Shown here: one piece after another, positions 8,426 through 17,400 of the stretch
Layout of the letters: each line of letters opens with the position of its first letter
How positions within the stretch are numbered: position 1 is the first letter of the stretch
IMG/VR virus record: IMGVR_UViG_2506381017_000002
From: a virus
Lineage: Duplodnaviria; Heunggongvirae; Uroviricota; Caudoviricetes
DNA: 27,620 bases
Strand: one strand, 5' to 3'
Program-made: the position numbers and the translations under genes
The notes under the pieces: generated by a model
Database searches by the model: none
Told to the model about the DNA's origin: nothing
What the model saw: the letters and a program-made list of their open reading frames with translations, nothing else

Positions 8426-9781
8426 ATGGCTGTAAAGAGAGCAAAATATTTAGTTGCAGATGATGAATATCATTTCGTAACGGACGACAAGGCTCTTAGA
8501 GTCCTAGATTCAAATAATAATGAAATTGGAACGTTTAGAGAATTAGGCTTTGAGGGAAAGCTAATCACAAGCGGTGATTATAGAGACATAAAACATACTG
8601 GAGTATACCGAATCAAAGGAGTAGGAGGTTTACCCGGAAACATTCCAGGAGACAAGGAATCCATTCTGACAGTTACATCGATTGGTGATCAGGGTAATCC
8701 AGAATTAACCTTTTATAAGGTAATTAGTCCTAACGGAGTAATTTTAGAAAATACTGTCTCACGGAGTAATCAGTCTGGATGGGGATCTGGTGGTGTTGAT
8801 TTACGAAATACCATTACAAGTATTAACAATATTATTGGTGATATTTCAAAACTTCAGACAGATTCCAAGAATATGACTGGGGCAATTAATGAGTTAAATT
8901 CCAAAATAAATAATGTATCTGGCAACTCGCAAAGTGGGTTGGAAGACTTAAAAAAAGATAGTAACAATAGATATTTGTTCAAATGGGGAGATACAGTCAA
9001 CGGTGACCTTTCAGTTAAGTTTGGGGCAAAATACAAACTTCGAGGTAAGAATGGTCACGACTACAATTTAGCTTCTATTGACGATAACAATAATATCCAT
9101 ATTGGCGATGCAGATACCAATTTACAGTTTTGGGGTAATGATAATCCTACTTTTAATGGTAAAAAGATATTCACAGAAGCTAATGTAGGTAGTGGATCGG
9201 GGTTAGATGCTGATAAGCTTGATGGAATTGATAGTTCAGGTTTCTTAAAGACTAATAGCGATGATACTAAATATAGTGGTCTTCGCATGGATAAACGGAA
9301 CATTCACTTCAATATCAAAGATGGCGAAAATACAGAAACAGGCTTAGTTTTTGATAAGAATAATAAGTGGACTGCTAAAGTTGTTGCAACCGATATTGGT
9401 GATGTCCATATTCAAACAGGTGGTAAAGAGTATAAATATCCTCCATTTACGTTCAATCAAGATCGTAATTTTGTTCAATATGGTGGTATGCACGTTATTC
9501 GAGCCAATGAGCCACAAATTAATTTTCAGACATTTGATGAAAAAACTGGAAACTTTGATAAAGGAGTAGGGTTTTTCAAGCCAACATGGGATCAAGGATC
9601 ATTAGCTGTTGGTAACTGGAATACTAGTGAGGTTGTTGCGCAATTTGCCGTTGGTACTAATCATGAAGCGGTTAAGCTCAATCATTCTCCTTATATTGGT
9701 GATCATAATAGACGGTTATTCTTGCAAGACGAACAGCCTAGTGGTGACGTTCCTGTTGGATCAGTTTGGATTGGTATTTAG
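8426..9781 (+). CDS. Tail fibre / receptor-binding protein
   Basis: Knob-like 'DYRDIKHTGVYRI', 'LQTDSKNMTGAINEL' and 'GSGSGLDADKLDGIDSSGF' fibre motifs; C-terminal 'QPSGDVPVGSVWI'. Confidence 0.7.
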   Translation: MAVKRAKYLVADDEYHFVTDDKALRVLDSNNNEIGTFRELGFEGKLITSGDYRDIKHTGVYRIKGVGGLPGNIPGDKESILTVTSIGDQGNPELTFYKVISPNGVILENTVSRSNQSGWGSGGVDLRNTITSINNIIGDISKLQTDSKNMTGAINELNSKINNVSGNSQSGLEDLKKDSNNRYLFKWGDTVNGDLSVKFGAKYKLRGKNGHDYNLASIDDNNNIHIGDADTNLQFWGNDNPTFNGKKIFTEANVGSGSGLDADKLDGIDSSGFLKTNSDDTKYSGLRMDKRNIHFNIKDGENTETGLVFDKNNKWTAKVVATDIGDVHIQTGGKEYKYPPFTFNQDRNFVQYGGMHVIRANEPQINFQTFDEKTGNFDKGVGFFKPTWDQGSLAVGNWNTSEVVAQFAVGTNHEAVKLNHSPYIGDHNRRLFLQDEQPSGDVPVGSVWIGI

Positions 9782-9794
9782 GAGGTGATTGTGG

Positions 9795-10466
9795 ATGCCA
9801 TTTGTAAAATATAGAGGAGCCAATGGTGAATGGATAAAGCTTGGTGGAGGTAATGTTCGTGTGTCTAATGGACATACGTGGATTCCTCCACGTGCAAGAA
9901 TATGGAATGGTCATGAGTGGTTGAACCTACTGGAGGAGCGTAAAATTACGACCTGGGAATGCACTGGTGTACAGTCGTTTTGGTCGTGGGGAGCCGCTAA
10001 AGGATGGTCAGCTTTAGTTAGACCAGACCGTCCAACGCAAGGTTGCTACCGTCCGTACCATGACTCCTACGATTGGGGAGATGAAAGCGCTCAAGTCTAC
10101 TTTGACTGGGGTAATATTCAAAATACACTTCGAGGAGCCAAAATAGATAAAGTCGAAATTTATATGCATTGTCTTCACTCTATGAATTATAACGGGGGAC
10201 AAGGAGTATTCGGACTCCACAATGCACCGGGTTGGCAATCTAAGTATTCTGAAACCAATTTCGGAGTTGCTCGCGCATGGTATAGCAGAAGAGACCAGGG
10301 ACAATGGATAACACTTCCAAATTGGGTTGGAGATAACTTTAGAGACGGTAGTGTTAAAGGAATTACATGTCGCGCCGGAGATACATCTGGAGTTAGATAT
10401 TTATGGTATGCAGGCTCAGCAGACGGTTGGAAAAAACCTAAGATTCGAATTACTTATTTAAAATAA
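9795..10466 (+). CDS. Putative receptor-binding / fibre-tip protein
   Basis: GGAGGTG SD with ATG 9795 as the likely start; Trp/Gly-rich beta domain ending 'PKIRITYLK', as seen in siphophage tail-tip domains. Confidence 0.55.
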   Translation: MPFVKYRGANGEWIKLGGGNVRVSNGHTWIPPRARIWNGHEWLNLLEERKITTWECTGVQSFWSWGAAKGWSALVRPDRPTQGCYRPYHDSYDWGDESAQVYFDWGNIQNTLRGAKIDKVEIYMHCLHSMNYNGGQGVFGLHNAPGWQSKYSETNFGVARAWYSRRDQGQWITLPNWVGDNFRDGSVKGITCRAGDTSGVRYLWYAGSADGWKKPKIRITYLK

Positions 10467-10473
10467 AGCATAC

Positions 10474-10523
10474 AATATTTTTGTTGTGTGTTATCATATT
10501 CATATAATCACAACGAAAATATT
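10474..10523. promoter_or_regulatory. 15-bp inverted repeat enclosing a sigmaA-like promoter of the next gene
   Basis: AATATTTTTGTTGTG (10474-10488) / CACAACGAAAATATT (10509-10523), one G-T pair; TTGTTG-16-TATAAT (10503-10508) lies inside it. Confidence 0.45.
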
Positions 10524-10546
10524 TAACACGGGAATTGAGGGGTTAG

Positions 10547-12055
10547 ATGGGAAAAAGACGAACACCTGAACAGTATGTTGAAGATGTTAAAGCGATACAT
10601 GGCGAAAAATATACAATTACTACACCTTTCATCAATATGAAGACAAAAGTAATGGTTTTATGTAATGATTGTGGTCATGAATGGTTAGTAGAGCCAAGCA
10701 GTCTCTTGAAAGGTTATGGTTGTCGCAAATGTGGTATACAAAATAGAAAACCTCGAAAAACAAATGACGAATTCTGTTCTCAAGTAAAGAATTTATGGGG
10801 AAATGAATATGTGTTTCTAGATAACTATGTTAATGCAACAACCAAAATTAGGTGTCTTCATTCTATATGTGGCACTATTTGGAAGGTTACTCCTAAGAGT
10901 TTTCTTCATAATAAAAAGGGTGGTTGTCCAACTTGTGCTTATGGTAAATCTCAGCAAGAATTCACAAAAGAAATAAAGAATCTAGTTGGGGACGAATATT
11001 CTTTCATAGAAACGTATATAGGAGACGGTTCTAAAATCCTATGTCGTCACAATATTTGTGGATATGAATGGAAAACTAAACCCAACACATTCTTAAATGG
11101 AAGTAGGTGTCCAAACTGCTTCGGTTCAAAAAGAAAAAGCACAATTCAATTTCAAAATGAGCTCGATCAACTTTATCCGGGAGAGTATGAAGTTTTAGGT
11201 GAATATAAAACTGCACATACCAAAATAAAGGTTCGTCATGTTCCCTGCGACTATACCTGGGAGATTAAGCCTAATGCAATATTGATTAAAAAGAGATGTC
11301 CGAGGTGTTCTATGCGAAAACAAGTTGTACGACAAACTAGACCGTATGACGATTTTGTGCGAGAGGTACATCAAAAATATGGCAACGCTTATATTGTAGA
11401 TAATTATCAAGGGCGTCATAAAAAACTTAAGGTGACTCATAAAGAATGTGGTTATTTATGGGAAACATATGGAAGTACTTTGCTCTCGGGCGTTGGGTGC
11501 CCTCGTTGTGCAGGCATCATAAAAACATCAGACGACTTTATAGCTCAGTTATCGGCATTGGTAGGGAGGGAGTATAGAGTAGTAGGCGAGTATTCAAAGA
11601 TGAGTGAAAAAGTAAAAATAAAACACGAAAAATGTGGTTATTTATGGCAAGTTACTCCGATGAATTTTATACGTGGAACCAGATGTCCAAGATGTAGAAA
11701 ATCCCACGGGGAATTAGCTATTGAAGCTTGGCTAAATAGTAAAAACTATGGCTATATTCCTCAGAAGAAATTTGCAGACTGTAAAGATCAGCGTTCACTC
11801 CCATTTGATTTTTATCTTCCCGATTATAATTTGGTCATTGAGTATGATGGAAGACAGCATTTTCAGAGTTGCGATTATTTTGGTGGAGAGGAAAAATTTA
11901 ATCTCCAACACAAACATGATTTAATCAAAAACAAATACTGCGAAGATAATAATATTAATCTATTACGTATTCCGTACACTGTTACCGGAGAAGATATCGG
12001 CAGGGCAATTCAGAACAGATTAGATGAATTAACACAACTCGATAACGTTGCTTAA
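10547..12055 (+). CDS. Free-standing endonuclease: six Zn-ribbon repeats + Vsr/DUF559-like PD-(D/E)XK domain (homing endonuclease-like)
   Basis: Six ~62-70 aa repeats with (H/C)xxC-G-x-x-W...CxxC; C-terminal 'LPFDFYLPDYNLVIEYDGRQH'. Confidence 0.8.
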   Translation: MGKRRTPEQYVEDVKAIHGEKYTITTPFINMKTKVMVLCNDCGHEWLVEPSSLLKGYGCRKCGIQNRKPRKTNDEFCSQVKNLWGNEYVFLDNYVNATTKIRCLHSICGTIWKVTPKSFLHNKKGGCPTCAYGKSQQEFTKEIKNLVGDEYSFIETYIGDGSKILCRHNICGYEWKTKPNTFLNGSRCPNCFGSKRKSTIQFQNELDQLYPGEYEVLGEYKTAHTKIKVRHVPCDYTWEIKPNAILIKKRCPRCSMRKQVVRQTRPYDDFVREVHQKYGNAYIVDNYQGRHKKLKVTHKECGYLWETYGSTLLSGVGCPRCAGIIKTSDDFIAQLSALVGREYRVVGEYSKMSEKVKIKHEKCGYLWQVTPMNFIRGTRCPRCRKSHGELAIEAWLNSKNYGYIPQKKFADCKDQRSLPFDFYLPDYNLVIEYDGRQHFQSCDYFGGEEKFNLQHKHDLIKNKYCEDNNINLLRIPYTVTGEDIGRAIQNRLDELTQLDNVA

Positions 12056-12125
12056 AATTAAATACTAGTTTTTAAGGAGGAAATTTATTAAGGAGGCAAA
12101 TAATTATCCGAAGGGAGCAATTAAT

Positions 12126-13424
12126 TTGCTTAATAAATTTCTAAAGAAGATGTTAATGGTAGCAGTAACTATCATTATGGTTGCCCCTGTATTAGCAGGG
12201 GTCGCAAGTGCCGATGGAAGATCATATGGACCAGACCTATCCAAATATCAAGGTGCATATGCCAGCAAGCCGTATACGCGTGACCAATTCGCAATTGCAC
12301 AAGTTGGTGGATACGTAAATGGTTATTTCTATGACCAATGGACATATCCAACACAAATTAGTTCAGGTATTGCTAATGGGTTGAGAATGCACACTTATAT
12401 TTGGTATCAAGTTGGTGGAAATGCTCAATTGGGGAAGCAGGTTGTAGATCATTTTCTACCAAAGATCCAAGCGCCTAAGGGGTCGATCATTGCATTAGAT
12501 TATGAAGATGGAGCATCTTGGGACAAGAATGCTAACACAGAAGCCATTTTAGCAGGTATGCGTGAAATTAAGGCGGCAGGATACGTTCCAATGTATTACA
12601 GTTATAAGCCGTACACCTTGGCTCACGTTGACTATAATCGTATTATTGCTGAATTCCCTAACTCTGGATGGATTGCAGCATACCCAGATTACAATGTTCG
12701 TACAGAACCATACTGGGGTGTATTCCCTTCACTTCCAGGAATTAGTATCTACCAATTTACAAGCACATATCGTGCTGGTGGTTTAGACGGTAATATTTCA
12801 TTAGCACCTAATGGTCATGACATTACTATGAGCGGTTACGTCAATGGGAATTCACAAAAGCCAAAGACCGAAACTCCTGCAACGGAACAAGGTAAGCAAA
12901 TTCATAAAGATACTCATAACTACACTGTAAAGCCAAATGATAGCTGGTGGGCAATAGCAAATCGTTATGGCATGGAAATGAACGCTTTAGCACAACTGAA
13001 TGGCAAGACCATCAATGATGTAATTCACCCAGGTCAAGTTATTCGTGTTGCTGATAAAGGAGATGGTCAATCTGTTTCAAACAAGGTTAACACCACCCCC
13101 GCACAACCATCAAATAATACTCAATACTACACTGTACAACCAAATGATACGCTCTCAGGTATCGCTACAAAATTTGGGACAACATATCAATCAATCGCAT
13201 TCCTTAACAGAATTGATAATCCAAATTGGATTTATCCTGGTCAGCGACTAAAAATTAATAGGGCGACTCAAAATAACAGTTCTAACAGAGTACACTATGT
13301 GCGTTACGGTGAAACACTAAGCGGCTTGAGTTATTCTCTTGGAGTTAATTACCAGACACTGTTAAGCAAAAATAATATAGCTAATCCTAATTTTATTCGT
13401 GTAGGTCAGGCCATTTACTACTAA
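12126..13424 (+). CDS. Endolysin: signal peptide + GH25 muramidase + 3 LysM
   Basis: TTG start with GGGAG SD; KK + hydrophobic stretch + 'ASA|D' cleavage motif; GH25 motifs 'PDLSKYQG', 'ALDYEDG', 'GLDGN'; three LysM repeats (YTVKPNDSWWAIA, YTVQPNDTLSGIA, HYVRYGETLSGLS). Confidence 0.92.
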   Translation: MLNKFLKKMLMVAVTIIMVAPVLAGVASADGRSYGPDLSKYQGAYASKPYTRDQFAIAQVGGYVNGYFYDQWTYPTQISSGIANGLRMHTYIWYQVGGNAQLGKQVVDHFLPKIQAPKGSIIALDYEDGASWDKNANTEAILAGMREIKAAGYVPMYYSYKPYTLAHVDYNRIIAEFPNSGWIAAYPDYNVRTEPYWGVFPSLPGISIYQFTSTYRAGGLDGNISLAPNGHDITMSGYVNGNSQKPKTETPATEQGKQIHKDTHNYTVKPNDSWWAIANRYGMEMNALAQLNGKTINDVIHPGQVIRVADKGDGQSVSNKVNTTPAQPSNNTQYYTVQPNDTLSGIATKFGTTYQSIAFLNRIDNPNWIYPGQRLKINRATQNNSSNRVHYVRYGETLSGLSYSLGVNYQTLLSKNNIANPNFIRVGQAIYY

Positions 13425-13446
13425 AAGAGATACAAGGAGGAAATTA

Positions 13447-14247
13447 ATGAAAGAAATTTGGAAAGATATAGAAGAATTTGAGGGATATTATCAAATCTCT
13501 AATTTGGGACAAGTTAAAAGTATGGATAGAGATGTTATTTATAGCAATGGGGTTATTCGACATTACGAAGAAAGAATTAGGACCCCAGTAACAGATAAGA
13601 ATGGATATTTGATGGTAACGTTAAATAAAAGTTCTAAAAGTTATCCTAAAAGAGTACATCAGCTTGTTGCCAGAGCGTTTATTCCCAATCCAGATAATTT
13701 ACCATCAATTAATCATATTGACGAAGATAAGACAAACAATCGAGTGGATAATTTAGAATGGTGTTCGGTTTACTATAACAATCATTATAATGGTAGATAT
13801 GAACGAATAAAGCGCTATCCCAAGTCGGTTTGCTTGTTTAATGTTGTAAATGGTGAGGTAATAAAAATCGAGTCTATATCTGAGGCTGCTCGTAGGCTGC
13901 ACGGGTCCGCCGGAAATATTGAAGAAGTGATAGATGCAAAAGGAAGGACTTTTAAGGGGTGGATGATATTTTCTGAACGCAATTTTAATGGCTTAGCTAT
14001 TAAACAGAGTTTGGAGGAATATAATAAACATCGCCCTAGGGGTATTGTCGTTGAATTTATTGACACCGAAGATAAAAGGTTCTATGCGACCGAAAATGAA
14101 TTCTGTCACGAATATAATGAGCATCCAGGTAGCATAAACACGTATTTAAGAAATAACAGAGATGTATTCAAAAATAAATACGTTATACGATACGCTCTCC
14201 CATTTGAGGAGTCTAAATATCAAAATGGGCAGTTGCTAGATTATTGA
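13447..14247 (+). CDS. NUMOD4-HNH homing endonuclease
   Basis: NUMOD4 'EIWKDIEEFEGYYQISNLGQVKS'; HNH 'VHQLVARAF...INHIDEDKTNNRVDNLEWC'; NUMOD1-like 'SISEAARRL'. Confidence 0.9.
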   Translation: MKEIWKDIEEFEGYYQISNLGQVKSMDRDVIYSNGVIRHYEERIRTPVTDKNGYLMVTLNKSSKSYPKRVHQLVARAFIPNPDNLPSINHIDEDKTNNRVDNLEWCSVYYNNHYNGRYERIKRYPKSVCLFNVVNGEVIKIESISEAARRLHGSAGNIEEVIDAKGRTFKGWMIFSERNFNGLAIKQSLEEYNKHRPRGIVVEFIDTEDKRFYATENEFCHEYNEHPGSINTYLRNNRDVFKNKYVIRYALPFEESKYQNGQLLDY

Positions 14248-14282
14248 TCTGGGTCGGCCAAAGAATCGCCGCATAACATATT

Positions 14283-14351
14283 TTTATAAAACATGGGTTT
14301 TATAAACTTTAGGGAATGTGTAGACTCAATGTCTACGCATTTTCATACATA
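14283..14351 (+). promoter_or_regulatory. Two tandem hairpins followed by ATACATA upstream of the fibre-levanase gene
   Basis: TTTATAAAAC-ATGG-GTTTTATAAA (perfect 10 bp) and GAATGTGTAGAC-TCAAT-GTCTACGCATTT, then ATACATA (14345-14351). Confidence 0.5.
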
Positions 14352-14424
14352 AATATATTTATACTAATCCACCGATTGGTAATTAAGGAGGAAAAATTAA
14401 TTACTCATGAGGTGAAATAAAGAT

Positions 14425-17400
14425 ATGAGATATTTAACAACATATCTTGACGATGAAATTAATTTCAAGTTTGGCAATAATGGCTCAATCATTGAGTTGA
14501 AAGCTGTTGATGACCATGCGGTTATGAGTTTCTCAAACGAAGAAAAACTCCTCATTCGTATTAAGAATGAGGAATCATATATCAAAACGGTGCCCGTTAC
14601 TGCCGAACGTAAGATTATTCAACTCCCTACCAAGTTATTAAAAGACCTAACGGTAGGTCAGTACGATGTTGAGTTATGGCAAGGCGAAGGTGACGATCAA
14701 GTTATCTATCCTGACGAAGGATTCCTTAGATTAAAGATTCATGGCAACGCATCACAAATTGATGGTAGCTTGGTTTCTTCTATTACTCTTGCTGATTTTG
14801 AAAAGAAGTTTAATGAACTAGCTCAAAAGATTGAGGATAAATTAGAGAAATTACCAGATATCGATGGGAAGAATATTAGCATCGATGTGAAAGTAGTTGA
14901 TGGCAACCTTTGTATTAACGGCAAAGATACAGGAATTAACCTAACTGCCAAGGATGGTAGGGACGGAAGAGATGGACATACGCCAGAAATCACTGTATCA
15001 GATGCAGGTACACTTGTTGTTGATGGAATTGACACTAATAAATCTTTAATCGGTCCTAGAGGTGAGAATGGACTTCCGGGTAAGGATGGAGTTGCTGGTC
15101 AAGATGGTAAATCTGCCTATCAAGTAGCTGTCGATAATGGGTTTGATGGGACAGAAGTCGAATGGTTACGCTCATTGCATGGAAATGATGGCCTTGATGG
15201 AAAGTCAGGTAGAGACGGACTTCCAGGACAGAGTGGTAAATCTGCCTATGAGATAGCTATCGCAAACGGGTTTATGGGAACTGAAACTGAATGGCTAGAA
15301 TCCCTCAAAGGTAAGGATGGGCGAGATGGTAATGACGCTAATGTCGATTTATCTGAATTCTTAACTAAAGAAACTGCGAATTCAGAATATGCTAAAAAGA
15401 ATGATGTTCCTCTTATCGTATATGATGCAGAAAACAATACTCTAACTATCAATGGTCAAAAGGTAGAAATACCTTCTCAAGTAGATTTGTCTAGTTATGT
15501 TACCAAGACTGATGCAGATAAATATGCTTTAAAATCTGATGTAAAGAATATTGTCCTTGATAAAAATGAAAGAACTTTAACTGTTGGAAAAGAATCAATT
15601 AATATTCCTAATAATATTGACCTTTCTCCTTATTACACTAAAGAAGAAATTGATAAGAAGTTAACTGACATTGCGACAAATGGAAAGGTTGACCTTACTG
15701 GTTATCTTAGACAGAGTGATTTAACGGATTACGCTAAGAAATCAGATATCCCAAGTCAACCAGACCTTACTCCATATGCTAAAAAGTCAGAGCTACCCAA
15801 GATTTCAATAGACGTTGAGAAACGAACGCTTACTTTAAACGATAGTGTTATCAATATTCCAGATAGTGTTGACTTAACTGACTATGCTAAAAAATCAGAA
15901 ATTCCAAGTATCGTATTAGACACGGAAACTAATACCCTAACCATTAACGGAACAAAAGTAGTTATTCCAGGTAATGTTGACCTCACTCATTACTACACTA
16001 AAGGAGAAATTGATGAAAAAATAGCTGATATTCAATCTGGCGGAAAAATTGATTTAAGTAATTATGTCAATAAGCAAGAACTTTCTGATTATGCTAAGAA
16101 AGCAGATATTCCTGAAACGCCTGACTTAACTCCTTATGAGACTAAAGAGAATGCAGATAAGACTTATGCTACTAAGAAAGCGTTGGAAGATATTCAACTC
16201 ACTCCCGGAAAAGATGGGAAGAATGGTAAGTCTGCTTATGATTTGGCGGTAGAAGCTGGTTTTGAGGGTAGCGTAGACGAATGGTTACAATCACTACATG
16301 GAGCCAATGGTAAAGATGGCCGAGACGGAGCTAATGGTCATGATGGAGCCAAAGGTCAGGACGGACAAAACGGTAAGAGTGCCTATGAGATCGCCATTGC
16401 TAATGGTTTTAAAGGAACGGAAGAAGAATGGCTCAATTCTCTTAAAGGTCGTGATGGTTCCAATGGAGCCTCTGGACGAAACGGGGCTGATGGAAAGAAC
16501 GGAGTAGACGGATTAAGCGCTTATGAATTAGCTAAAAAGAACGGATTCCAAGGAACTGAGCAAGAATGGTTAGGTTCACTTAAAGGTGAACAAGGACATG
16601 ATGGTATTCAGGGCCCTAAAGGAGATGCTGGTGAAAGAGGCCCACAAGGGTTCCCGGGGAAGGATGGATCAGATGGTAAGGATGGCGCTCAAGGGCCAGC
16701 TGGGGCTAACGGAAAAGATGGTCAATCCACATACCAATTATGGCTATCCAAAGGAAATACTGGTAGCGAAGAGGACTTCTTAAACTCTCTTAAGGGTGCT
16801 AAAGGAGACCAAGGTGCCCCTGGTAAAGATGGTGCTCCTGGGGTTAAAGGTGATACCGGAGAAAGAGGGCCTCAAGGGGAACGTGGAGAAACTGGTTTAC
16901 AAGGTCCTGCTGGTCCTAAAGGAGATATTGGTAATGTTGGCCCACAAGGCCCTAAAGGAGATAAAGGTGATACAGGTCCACAAGGACCTAAAGGGAATAC
17001 AGGGGATCGAGGTCCACAAGGTGTAGCAGGAAAAGATGGTCATTCTGTTTGGTATAATAGAATGCACTATAGTCCTAACGGACAACTACAGTGGTTTACA
17101 GATTTGACTAACGCAAGTGCTTCTAACCCACCTAAAGTTAATGATATTATGATTAATGCTGACGGTAATATTGCAATGATTACTAAGGTCAATATTACTA
17201 ATGATGCAGGTGAAGGTGGAGGAACGTTTAACTATGGTCCTTGGATTGGTAACATCAAGGGTCCCACTGGCCCTCAAGGTCCACAAGGATTAAATGGGAA
17301 AGATGGACTTTCAGCTTATGAGATTGCTAAACGAAATGGATTCACTGGAACTGAAAAAGAATGGTCGGACTCTTTACAGAATCAAAGTTTTAATAAAACG

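Noticed and set aside
16298-17026. Alternative-frame + strand ORFs (69, 65, 76 aa) inside the fibre gene
   Set aside because: A by-product of GGN-rich collagen codons; no independent evidence of translation.
15106-17379. CRISPR array or DGR template/variable repeat
   Set aside because: The repeats are in-frame protein repeats with synonymous divergence; there are no constant repeats with unique spacers, no adenine-specific mismatch pair and no reverse transcriptase in the window.
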